This document shows, in pieces, positions 1 to 7,276 of a DNA stretch of 64,000 bases. The stretch spans positions 17,018-81,017 of the forward strand of contig JACNFK010000024.1 of NCBI GenBank assembly GCA_014384675.1, written 5' to 3'. The first letter of the stretch is position 1, and each line of letters starts with the position of its first letter. The translations under genes and the position numbers were made by a program. Source of the DNA: Candidatus Thiopontia autotrophica. GTDB lineage: Bacteria > Pseudomonadota > Gammaproteobacteria > GCF-002020875. The notes beneath the pieces were generated by a model, which was given only the letters and a program-made list of their open reading frames with translations, was not told where the DNA came from and did no database searches.

Positions 1-413
1 ACTGGACAGGGATTTCGCTGCGCTACATCCCCGCCAGTGAGCTTTAGCGGTAGCTGCTTTGCTCCATCACCTCTTTGTCTTTGATCATGAGTTGTGACAT
101 TTCAGCCATTCGGCCCTTGGGTGCTTCGTTGGTTGCGGGTCCATTCGATATGATCGCTTTCGGGCATCACCAGTTTCCAGGTCTTGCGACATACAGAGAG
201 ATTCTTGGTTCTTCGGATACGTCTTGCAGCTACCAAGCCAGTGGAGTCAACCGGGTGAGCCGGGTTCACGGGAGCTTCATTCACTCCTCGACTCCTTTTC
301 TCTTCACGCCCGGTGACTCACTTTCACGGTAGCCCCTGAAACCATGTCCGCTCTACTTGCATACTTCGTCGCTCTTTTCGTGTGCCATATAGCGTACCTA
401 TTTGCGCAGATAC

Positions 414-443
414 CATTCGGCATACTGGCATTCGGCATACTGG
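414..443 (+). repeat. Tandem direct repeat, 2 x 15 bp (cattcggcatactgg), in degenerate DNA upstream of the NirT remnant
   Basis: Two adjacent identical 15-mers are visible in the sequence. Confidence 0.8.
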
Positions 444-609
444 CACCGATTGCGCGTCGTAGTCCCGGCGCCGCCAGCTATATCGGGACGCTCATGGGCT
501 TTGGCGCAGCTTACGTCTCCGTGCCAGCATTGCTGTTGTTCTCATTGCCGTTCACCAAGACATGCCTTATCGCGCCTGCACTTGTTCGCCTCCTTTCTGA
601 TTTGTCGCG

Positions 610-1002
610 TTGGAGTCGATCGAGTGCCGCGTTTGCGGAGGCAGATCCAGCCACACAAAAGTAGTACGCAAGATCAAGGCATCCAATGAGCTCTACCACA
701 AGATGATGGGGACTATAGATACTCCAGAGAAATTTGAAGAGAAACGGATGGAGTTGGCACAAAATGTCTGGAAAACAATGAAAGATACTGACTCAAGGGA
801 GTGCAGAAACTGTCACGGCTTTGACTACATGGATTTTGATAAACAGGAAGAGCGTAGTGCAGACCGTCATGATGAGGCGATAGAGAACAGAGATCCGGAT
901 AATGAGGAGACTCATGGAGAGGGAGAGACCTGTATCGATTGTCACAAGGGAATCGCACATCGCCTGCCTGAGGGGTATGACCCTGCAGAGGATGACTCCT
1001 GA
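610..1002 (+). pseudogene. C-terminal fragment of a NapC/NirT-family tetraheme cytochrome (haem motifs 3 and 4 only), a probable gene remnant
   Basis: The 130 aa ORF aligns with the C-terminal half of the NirT domain at 8975 (KIKASNELYHKMMGTIDTPEKF, CRNCH, CIDCH). The TM helix and first two CXXCH motifs are missing. Upstream frames contain no cytochrome sequence. Confidence 0.55.
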
Positions 1003-1086
1003 GGGGTCACAGGATGAAATACTATTGAAATATTTCAGTGAAAGAATAGCTGGTAAGGAGGGATGTAACAGGTAAGGAGTTTTAAT

Positions 1087-1875
1087 GTGACAATGGGGAA
1101 ACGTCTGGGCCGTAGAGAGTTTATGGTCGAAAGTGGAAGAGTGGTCGGTGGAGTTTCCCTGCTGGGGGCAATTATAAGCCTCTTTGGCAAACAGGCTGCA
1201 TCAATGCCAGCTTATGCCATCAGGCCGCCAGGGGCAATTGCGGAAGAGAGCTTTCTTGGGGCCTGTACACGTTGTGGGATGTGTGTAAGTGATTGTCCTT
1301 ACGATATTCTTCACCTTGCCGAACTTCAGGAGGGGGTTGCTCTTGGCACTCCATATTTTGTTGCACGTGAAATACCATGCGAGATGTGTGATGACATTCC
1401 CTGTGTCCGTAACTGTCCGACTGGAGCATTGGACAGGGATATGGAGGATATTGAAAAAGCAGAGATGGGGATAGCAGTTCTTGTTGACCGCGAGACATGC
1501 CTGAATATTCTGGGGCTGCGTTGTGATATCTGCTACCGGGTCTGTCCGGTTATGGATGAGGCCATTAGTCTGGAGCGGATCCCCAATCTTCGTACGGGCA
1601 CCCATACTATTTTTGTTCCCACAGTTCACTCCGGCCGCTGTACTGGCTGCGGTCTCTGTGAGCATGCCTGCCCACTTCCTGTGGCAGCAATCAAAGTACT
1701 TCCTGAAACTATAGCTAAGGGGCAGATGGGAGAACACTATCGTCTGGGATGGAATGAAAAGGAGAAGGCAGGCAAGGCTCTGGTTACCCCAGATATTGAG
1801 CATAAATACAATCTCCCTGAGGGGTTCAGTTATGAGCTAATGGGCGAGGGTCTGATTGAGGTGCCGGACAGATGA
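1087..1875 (+). CDS. NapG/NosG/MauM-family periplasmic poly-ferredoxin (4x [4Fe-4S]) with a Tat signal
   Basis: RREFMV twin-arginine motif and several CxxCxxCxxxCP motifs. GGTAAGGAG SD lies 9 nt before a GTG/ATG start. Paired with a NapH-like gene. Confidence 0.8.
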   Translation: MTMGKRLGRREFMVESGRVVGGVSLLGAIISLFGKQAASMPAYAIRPPGAIAEESFLGACTRCGMCVSDCPYDILHLAELQEGVALGTPYFVAREIPCEMCDDIPCVRNCPTGALDRDMEDIEKAEMGIAVLVDRETCLNILGLRCDICYRVCPVMDEAISLERIPNLRTGTHTIFVPTVHSGRCTGCGLCEHACPLPVAAIKVLPETIAKGQMGEHYRLGWNEKEKAGKALVTPDIEHKYNLPEGFSYELMGEGLIEVPDR

Positions 1876-1893
1876 TCAAGGAGAGAGAGTAAA

Positions 1894-2787
1894 ATGGCAC
1901 GTAAGGAGATTGGCGCAGCAGCAATCGAAGAGAAGGGGTGGATCCGTTCCCACAAGTGGCTACTAATGAGGAGGATATCCCAGCTCTCCATTATAGGGCT
2001 GTTTCTGCTCGGTCCATTAGCCTCAATCTGGTTTTTGGGGAGGCTGGAAGAGGAGTTCTGGATCATCAAGGGCAACCTGGCATCCAGTGTAGTGCTGGAT
2101 ACAATTCCACTAACTGATCCCTTCATCTACCTGCAGACTCTGTTTGCAGGACAGGCCTTTGAGGCAACAGCCCTGGTTGGCGCTCTGATTGTGACAATCT
2201 TCTACCTGGTAGTGGGTGGACGAGTCTACTGCTCTTGGGTCTGTCCCATGAATATGGTGACCGATGCGGCGGGCTGGTTACGGCGCAGACTAGGGATAAA
2301 GAAAAAATGTGACTCCTCCCCCAATATTCGCTTCTGGATTCTTGGGATGGTGATGATCATAGCCATGTTCAGCGGTATTATGTTATGGGAACTGATAAAT
2401 CCAGTCACTCTGTTGCAGCGAAGTATCTTCTATGGTTTTGGAATGGGTTGGATTATTGTGGTTACTCTCTTTTTCTACGATCTACTCTGGAGTCGTAATG
2501 GGTGGTGCGGTCACCTATGCCCTATGGGTGCTTTTTACAGTCTGTTGGGAAAATTCAGCCTGCTACGGGTACGTGCAGCAGAGCGCGCTGCCTGTGACGA
2601 CTGTATGGACTGTTTTGCTGTCTGCCCGGAGCCTCAGGTTATAAGGCCGGCACTCAAGGGGGAGAGTGGAGAGAGCCCGGTCATTGATCACTCTCAGTGC
2701 ACCAACTGTGGCCGCTGTATCGATATATGTGGACCAGATGTGTTTAGTTTTGGGAGTAGATTTAACAACAGACAGTATGATTTATAA
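1894..2787 (+). CDS. NapH/NosH/MauN-family integral-membrane ferredoxin (quinol dehydrogenase membrane subunit)
   Basis: TM helices, CSWVCP and CGHLCP motifs, and two C-terminal 4Fe-4S motifs (CDDCMDCFAVCP, CTNCGRCIDIC). Confidence 0.8.
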   Translation: MARKEIGAAAIEEKGWIRSHKWLLMRRISQLSIIGLFLLGPLASIWFLGRLEEEFWIIKGNLASSVVLDTIPLTDPFIYLQTLFAGQAFEATALVGALIVTIFYLVVGGRVYCSWVCPMNMVTDAAGWLRRRLGIKKKCDSSPNIRFWILGMVMIIAMFSGIMLWELINPVTLLQRSIFYGFGMGWIIVVTLFFYDLLWSRNGWCGHLCPMGAFYSLLGKFSLLRVRAAERAACDDCMDCFAVCPEPQVIRPALKGESGESPVIDHSQCTNCGRCIDICGPDVFSFGSRFNNRQYDL

Positions 2788-2872
2788 GTAATATATTGCA
2801 TTAATATCTTCTTAAAACATTATGTTCCTGCTGCCATTCTAAGGGATGTTGCAGTTATTAGTTGAATCTAGG

Positions 2873-4099
2873 CTAAAGCCCGATCTGCCCGGCACGGTTG
2901 GTAAAGAAGATGCCGCTGGGGCTCTCCATTGGCAGGCTCTTCAGTAGCTCAAATGTCTCTGTGTCATAGATCTCTACCAAGTTTTTGTCACGCACTGAAA
3001 CCCATACCTCTTCACCTCTGGGGGTGAACTCCATATGCAGAACCCCTTTGCCTGGGTGCATCTGGTGGATTATATTCAGACTCTCTGCATCAATAATTTG
3101 CAGGGTGTCGTTGTGCGGGAATGCAAAATTTACCCAGATCTGACGGCCATCCGGACGGCTTATGGCAAATACGGGCTGGCTATGTACCTGAATTCGTCCG
3201 CTCTCTTGCCAGCTTCCGCTATCAACAACCAGTAGTTCGTGACGGCCCACAGCTGGCAGAAATGTTTTATCTCCAGCCTCTGCCCACCCCTCAAGATGAG
3301 GCATTTTGTATACCGGGAGTTTCTGTTCGCCACGTCCATAGTGGTCAAGAATACGTTTCACCCCATTTTCCGGGTGCCAGAGATCGAGCAGGGCGAGCCC
3401 ATCCTCGCCAAACAGCCCGGCAATGTAGATTCGGCCATCAGGAGTAATCAATCCATCATATGGTTGTCGGCCGATATCGGTGAATTTTTTGATGGATGAT
3501 GAGCCATCATCACTCATCTTGATAAGCCATATCTCGCCACTATCAAACAGACTGAATACAAAATGGTTTCCGGGGGCATCTACCAGACCAACCGTGCGAG
3601 ACCTCTTCTGCTCTGAGAGTGCAGTTGCCTCGATATCTGCTACCAGCTCAAGGGTTTTGCTGTCAAAAATGCGTACACCACCAGGCTCATAGTTTGATAC
3701 AGCAACCCATCTGCCGTCCTGAGAAATTGCCCCACCAATACTGTTGCCGCCCTGAATAATACGTTTTTCTATCTTTTTGCAGAGCAGGTCAATCTTGGTG
3801 AGGCCACCATCTCTACCGAAGATAAAGGCGTAGCGTGCATCGCGAGAGTAGACAGCGGAGGCGTGGGAGAGGTCACCAAGCTCCTCAACTCTTCCCAGTG
3901 ATATACGTTCTGTGGTATCGACTATCTGCACAGAGCCACTGGCACGTTCGATTATTATGCCAAGGTCGCCGGTTCCTCTGGTCTCACAGGCGAGCAGTGA
4001 GGTATGAATAGTTCCCAGCAGGATAATTATTGGTATCAACAGGTTATTTCTCATACCAGGTGCCTTGCAGTAGATGTGTAGCAATATAGTGGATCTCAT
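2873..4099 (-). CDS. nirF: NirF, a haem d1 biosynthesis protein with a cd1-like beta-propeller; probably a lipoprotein (likely start MRNN..LLAC)
   Basis: About 390 aa of propeller sequence similar to the NirS C-terminal domain, with no c-haem motif. Lipobox LLAC. Adjacent to nirC and nirE. Confidence 0.75.
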   Translation of the reverse strand: MRSTILLHIYCKAPGMRNNLLIPIIILLGTIHTSLLACETRGTGDLGIIIERASGSVQIVDTTERISLGRVEELGDLSHASAVYSRDARYAFIFGRDGGLTKIDLLCKKIEKRIIQGGNSIGGAISQDGRWVAVSNYEPGGVRIFDSKTLELVADIEATALSEQKRSRTVGLVDAPGNHFVFSLFDSGEIWLIKMSDDGSSSIKKFTDIGRQPYDGLITPDGRIYIAGLFGEDGLALLDLWHPENGVKRILDHYGRGEQKLPVYKMPHLEGWAEAGDKTFLPAVGRHELLVVDSGSWQESGRIQVHSQPVFAISRPDGRQIWVNFAFPHNDTLQIIDAESLNIIHQMHPGKGVLHMEFTPRGEEVWVSVRDKNLVEIYDTETFELLKSLPMESPSGIFFTNRAGQIGL

Positions 4100-4400
4100 T
4101 GCCGGTTAAAATAGGGGCCCATGGAGGCATTGGAGTGCCGGGACGGCCATGAGATATGGTTATCTCCAGAAAATTCTCAGGGTATAGGTTGAGCCGGACC
4201 GGATCCAGACTTGGGCCCAATCCTCCCTTTAGGGTCAGGCCATGGCATGAGCCACAATCCTGTTTGACCATATGGGCAATCTCGGCCTTCCTCTTTTCAG
4301 TCAGGCCATTATCTGAGCTGTTATCTCCAGCCCCAATAGATACGGGAGAGATTGTGATGAGGAGTGGAATCAGCAGGAGAGATAGATATTTCATCCACAA
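4044..4400 (-). CDS. nirC: Monohaem cytochrome c55X (NirC)
   Basis: Signal peptide, a single CGSCH motif and a ~100 aa mature protein, sitting between nirE and nirF. Confidence 0.75.
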   Translation of the reverse strand: MWMKYLSLLLIPLLITISPVSIGAGDNSSDNGLTEKRKAEIAHMVKQDCGSCHGLTLKGGLGPSLDPVRLNLYPENFLEITISHGRPGTPMPPWAPILTGNEIHYIATHLLQGTWYEK

Positions 4401-4409
4401 TACAGCCTG

Positions 4410-5216
4410 TTAGCCATGCAGGGAAGTGGTGGCAGATGGGTTCAACTCTTCATCAACCATCCCAAACCAGTCAAGCTCGTCACTGAGTTTTACAACCTTG
4501 CCTACAACAATCAGGGCAGGGGATTTTAACCCCTCTCTTTTGACCGCATCTTCAATGGTGTGGAGGGTTGCAATAGCCTTGCGTTGCTCCCTAGATGTGC
4601 CGTTCTCGATAACAGCGACAGGGGTGTCGGCAGAGAGTCCATGTCTGGTTAGATTGTCAGCAATCATGGATAGATTATGCAGCCCCATGTAGATCACAAG
4701 GGTTAATTCCGGGTTGGCCATTCCTCTCCAATCCAGCTCAACAGCCTCATCATTCTTGAAGTGCCCGGTAACGAATAGAACTCCCCTGGAGAGTGATCTA
4801 TGAGTGACCGGGATCCCGGCATATGCTGAGGCGGCAATTCCAGAGGTGATTCCCGGGACGATCTCAAATCGGATCTTCTCTCTCTTGAGAACAAGAGCCT
4901 CCTCACTGCCACGACCGAAGATAAATGGATCACCTCCCTTGAGTCTAACAACACTACGCCCATTTTTGGCAAGATTAACCAGGGTCTGATTTATCTCATC
5001 CTGGGTCATTGAGTGTTTGCCACAACTCTTGCCTGCATATATGCGTGGCACCCCCTGGGGTATAAGATCAAGAATTTCCTGGCTTACCAGACGGTCATGA
5101 ACTACTACCTCAGCCTGCTCAATACGTCGTAATGCCTTGATTGTAAGTAGGTCTGGGTCTCCAGGGCCGGCACCAATCAGGGAAACTACCGGTTCTCTAT
5201 TAATACTCTTGTTCAT
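4410..5216 (-). CDS. nirE: Uroporphyrinogen-III C-methyltransferase (SUMT) for the haem d1 pathway
   Basis: LIGAGPGDPDLLT SAM-methyltransferase motif and CobA/CysG-C-like sequence throughout. Context within the nir cluster. Confidence 0.85.
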   Translation of the reverse strand: MNKSINREPVVSLIGAGPGDPDLLTIKALRRIEQAEVVVHDRLVSQEILDLIPQGVPRIYAGKSCGKHSMTQDEINQTLVNLAKNGRSVVRLKGGDPFIFGRGSEEALVLKREKIRFEIVPGITSGIAASAYAGIPVTHRSLSRGVLFVTGHFKNDEAVELDWRGMANPELTLVIYMGLHNLSMIADNLTRHGLSADTPVAVIENGTSREQRKAIATLHTIEDAVKREGLKSPALIVVGKVVKLSDELDWFGMVDEELNPSATTSLHG

Positions 5217-5251
5217 ATAGGCAAATGTAGTAGATAACAGAGTCTCCGTAA

Positions 5252-5265
5252 TTGATTCATATCAA
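5252..5265. promoter_or_regulatory. Perfect FNR/Dnr box TTGAT-TCAT-ATCAA, centred 42 bp upstream of the nirE ATG
   Basis: Exact match to TTGAT-N4-ATCAA in the nirE/nirS divergent intergenic region. Confidence 0.7.
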
Positions 5266-5345
5266 TAACAATGCTCCATTATCTTCATAGAATGGATACC
5301 TGTAACCGCACTCGGAAGGGTTAATTTATATTAGTAATTTGTGGT

Positions 5346-5359
5346 TTGATCTAGATCAA
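5346..5359. promoter_or_regulatory. Perfect FNR/Dnr box TTGAT-CTAG-ATCAA, centred about 134 bp upstream of the nirS copy 1 ATG
   Basis: Exact consensus match. A Dnr-type regulator is encoded at 11058. Confidence 0.7.
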
Positions 5360-5486
5360 TGAACTGCAGGTGACTTTTGGTGGATCCTTAGTGGCGTGTG
5401 AAAAAACCTGACAACAGGAATGGGAATTATCTTTGTTCTCTACCTGCTGTTTTAACTTCTGTAAATTGTAAAGAGGGATATCCAAG

Positions 5487-7232
5487 ATGATTGATGGTAA
5501 GAAGAGGAGTTTCAAGAGGGGTGCAACCCTGGGTCTGGCAATAGCCATTACTCTGGGATTATCAGGGTGTGGTGACTCTGGTGATTCAGGCGCATCAAAA
5601 ACGGCAGCACCAGCACCGGCTCCAGCAGCAGCCCCAGCACCGGCTCCTGTCCCAGCAGCACCAGTCAAGGTGGCTGCGTCCGGGCCATCACTATCAGAGG
5701 CTGATTTTGAGCACTCCAAGAAGCTCTACTTCCAGCGCTGTGCAGGTTGTCACGGTGTACTGAGAAAAGGGGCGACAGGCAAGAGTCTGGAGCCAAAAGA
5801 TACTCGTGAGCTAGGTCAGGAGCGTCTGGAGAAGATTCTGACTTACGGAACAGACGGTGGAATGAACAACTTTGATGATATCTTCAGCAAGGAAGAGATC
5901 TCAATGATGGCCACCTACATTCAGTTGGAGCCACCAATTCCACCAGAGATGTCACTGGCGATGATGAAGGAGCGTACCGAGGTATTTATTGATCCCAAGG
6001 ACTATCCAACCAAGCCACTACATGGACGTAACTGGGAGAACTTCTTCGTAGTTATCGAGCGTGATGCTGGTAAGGCAGCAGTAATCGATGGTGATACCAA
6101 AGAGATTATCGACCATATTGACACTGGTTACGCAGTACACGTAATCAAGGCTACCGAGCACCATGAGACCGAGCATCCTGTTGGCGGTGTTGCCGGACGC
6201 TTCTGGTACACAATGGGTCGTGATGGCGTAATGAGCAAGATCGATCTGTGGCAGAACCCAGGAAGCATGCTGGTTGCCAAGACCCAGATTGCATATGATG
6301 CACGTGATGTTGCGATCTCTGGAGATGGTAAATATGTAATTGGTGGAGGCTACTGGCCACCACACTTCGTAATTGCCGATGCTGTTACCATGGAGCCACT
6401 GAAGGTAGTATCCACTCGTGGGGTAAATGTTGATGGTGAGTATGTAAATGAGTCACGTGTAGCTGCGGTCTACACCACTCCAAACGAGCCAACCTTCCTG
6501 GTTGCGGTCAAGGAGCTGGGGCAGATGTGGCAGGTTGACTACAGTGATATCGAGAATTTGGATATCACCAAAATCGACTCTGCGAAGTTCCTCCATGATG
6601 GATTCTTTGATCCAACCGGACGTTACTTCCAGATTGCGGCAAATGCATCCAACAAGATGGTTGTAGTAGATACCAAGACCCGCAAGCTTGAGGCGATGAT
6701 TGATACCACTGGCAAGAAGCCACACCCTGGCCCTGGTGCAAACTGGGATGATCCAAAACATGGTCCTGTAGGTGCTACGGTCCATCTGGGAACAGGTATG
6801 GTAACTGTATGGGGTAATGATCCAGCCGGTACACCAAGCAAGGCCTGGAAGATCGTACGTGAGATTGAGACTGATGGAGCAGGTGCATTTATCCGTACCC
6901 ATCCAAACTCCAAGTATGTATGGGCAGATCAGGTCAAGAACCCTGAGCCTGAGATACAGCAGTCTGTACAGGTTATCTCCAAGGAGACCGGCGAGATCGT
7001 CAAGACTATCCGGGTAACTGAAGAGCAGGGCAAGGCGGCACTCCATATTGAGTTTAACAAGGATGGAAGTGAGGCTTGGGTATCTGTCTGGAACCGTACA
7101 GATAACTCTAACCCAACTGGTGAGATCGTAGTCTACGATGCAGATACTCTTGAAGAGAAGGCTCGTATCAAGGGGCTGACCACACCAACCGGTAAGTTCA
7201 ACGTTTATAGTAGAACTAACCACGTAACTTGA
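5487..7232 (+). CDS. nirS: Cytochrome cd1 nitrite reductase NirS, copy 1, a lipoprotein form with an Ala/Pro-rich linker
   Basis: CAGCH c-haem domain plus a d1 propeller. The N-terminus has lipobox LSGC followed by GDSGDSG and (AP)n low-complexity sequence. Residues GPSLSEADF onward are identical to copy 2. Confidence 0.9.
   Translation: MIDGKKRSFKRGATLGLAIAITLGLSGCGDSGDSGASKTAAPAPAPAAAPAPAPVPAAPVKVAASGPSLSEADFEHSKKLYFQRCAGCHGVLRKGATGKSLEPKDTRELGQERLEKILTYGTDGGMNNFDDIFSKEEISMMATYIQLEPPIPPEMSLAMMKERTEVFIDPKDYPTKPLHGRNWENFFVVIERDAGKAAVIDGDTKEIIDHIDTGYAVHVIKATEHHETEHPVGGVAGRFWYTMGRDGVMSKIDLWQNPGSMLVAKTQIAYDARDVAISGDGKYVIGGGYWPPHFVIADAVTMEPLKVVSTRGVNVDGEYVNESRVAAVYTTPNEPTFLVAVKELGQMWQVDYSDIENLDITKIDSAKFLHDGFFDPTGRYFQIAANASNKMVVVDTKTRKLEAMIDTTGKKPHPGPGANWDDPKHGPVGATVHLGTGMVTVWGNDPAGTPSKAWKIVREIETDGAGAFIRTHPNSKYVWADQVKNPEPEIQQSVQVISKETGEIVKTIRVTEEQGKAALHIEFNKDGSEAWVSVWNRTDNSNPTGEIVVYDADTLEEKARIKGLTTPTGKFNVYSRTNHVT
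5682..7228 (+). repeat. Copy 1 of a 1547 bp perfect tandem direct repeat (nirS core); copy 2 lies 1712 bp downstream
   Basis: The 515 aa translations are identical and all off-frame and antisense ORFs are identical in both copies (e.g. 6018..6365 = 7730..8077). The boundaries are marked by mismatches at 5681/7393 and 7229/8941. Confidence 0.85.
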
Positions 7233-7240
7233 TGAGAGAG

Positions 7241-7276
7241 GCCCCTTTAACCTGACTGGTGAAAGGGGCTTTTTAC
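7241..7276 (+). terminator. Rho-independent terminator between nirS copy 1 and copy 2
   Basis: gcccctttaacc...ggtgaaaggggc hairpin followed by TTTTT. Confidence 0.6.

Noticed and set aside
1-343. The first ~340 bp have only short overlapping ORFs in every frame; I considered a structured ncRNA or a group II intron 3' end
   Set aside because: I could not find a convincing domain V hairpin or any other recognisable RNA motif, and there is no coherent coding frame. Most likely this is degraded sequence next to the nirT remnant, so no call is made.
1003-1086. The palindrome TGAAATATTTCA upstream of the napG-like gene as an FNR box
   Set aside because: Its half-sites are TTGAA/TTCAG rather than TTGAT/ATCAA, and the spacing gives TTGAA-ATAT-TTCAG. 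That is too divergent from the five good boxes (four exact, one with one mismatch) elsewhere in the window to call.
1201-1803. A 200 aa antisense ORF within the napG-like gene, plus similar shadow ORFs at 23715..24245 (menC), 28303..28815 (nosG), 31736..32407 (nosC2), 33841..34386 (nosZ), 39734..40588 (thrS), 44109..44783 (pheS/T) and 56668..57246 (ilvC)
   Set aside because: All overlap, on the opposite strand, genes with strong family-level evidence. These are shadow ORFs typical of moderate-GC DNA.
5351-5719. A 122 aa minus-strand ORF rich in Ala/Gly (…GAGAGAAAGAGAGAAV…) opposite the nirS copy 1 N-terminus
   Set aside because: It is the antisense image of the Ala/Pro-linker codons of nirS1 and has no start context of its own. 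It is a frame artefact of the low-complexity GC-rich linker.
6453-7223. Long antisense ORFs inside both nirS copies (256 aa at 6453..7223 and 8165..8935; 115 aa at 6018..6365 and 7730..8077)
   Set aside because: They lie entirely within the well-supported nirS reading frame on the opposite strand. They have no RBS and their composition is non-protein-like. Their only use is as evidence that the two repeat copies are base-identical.
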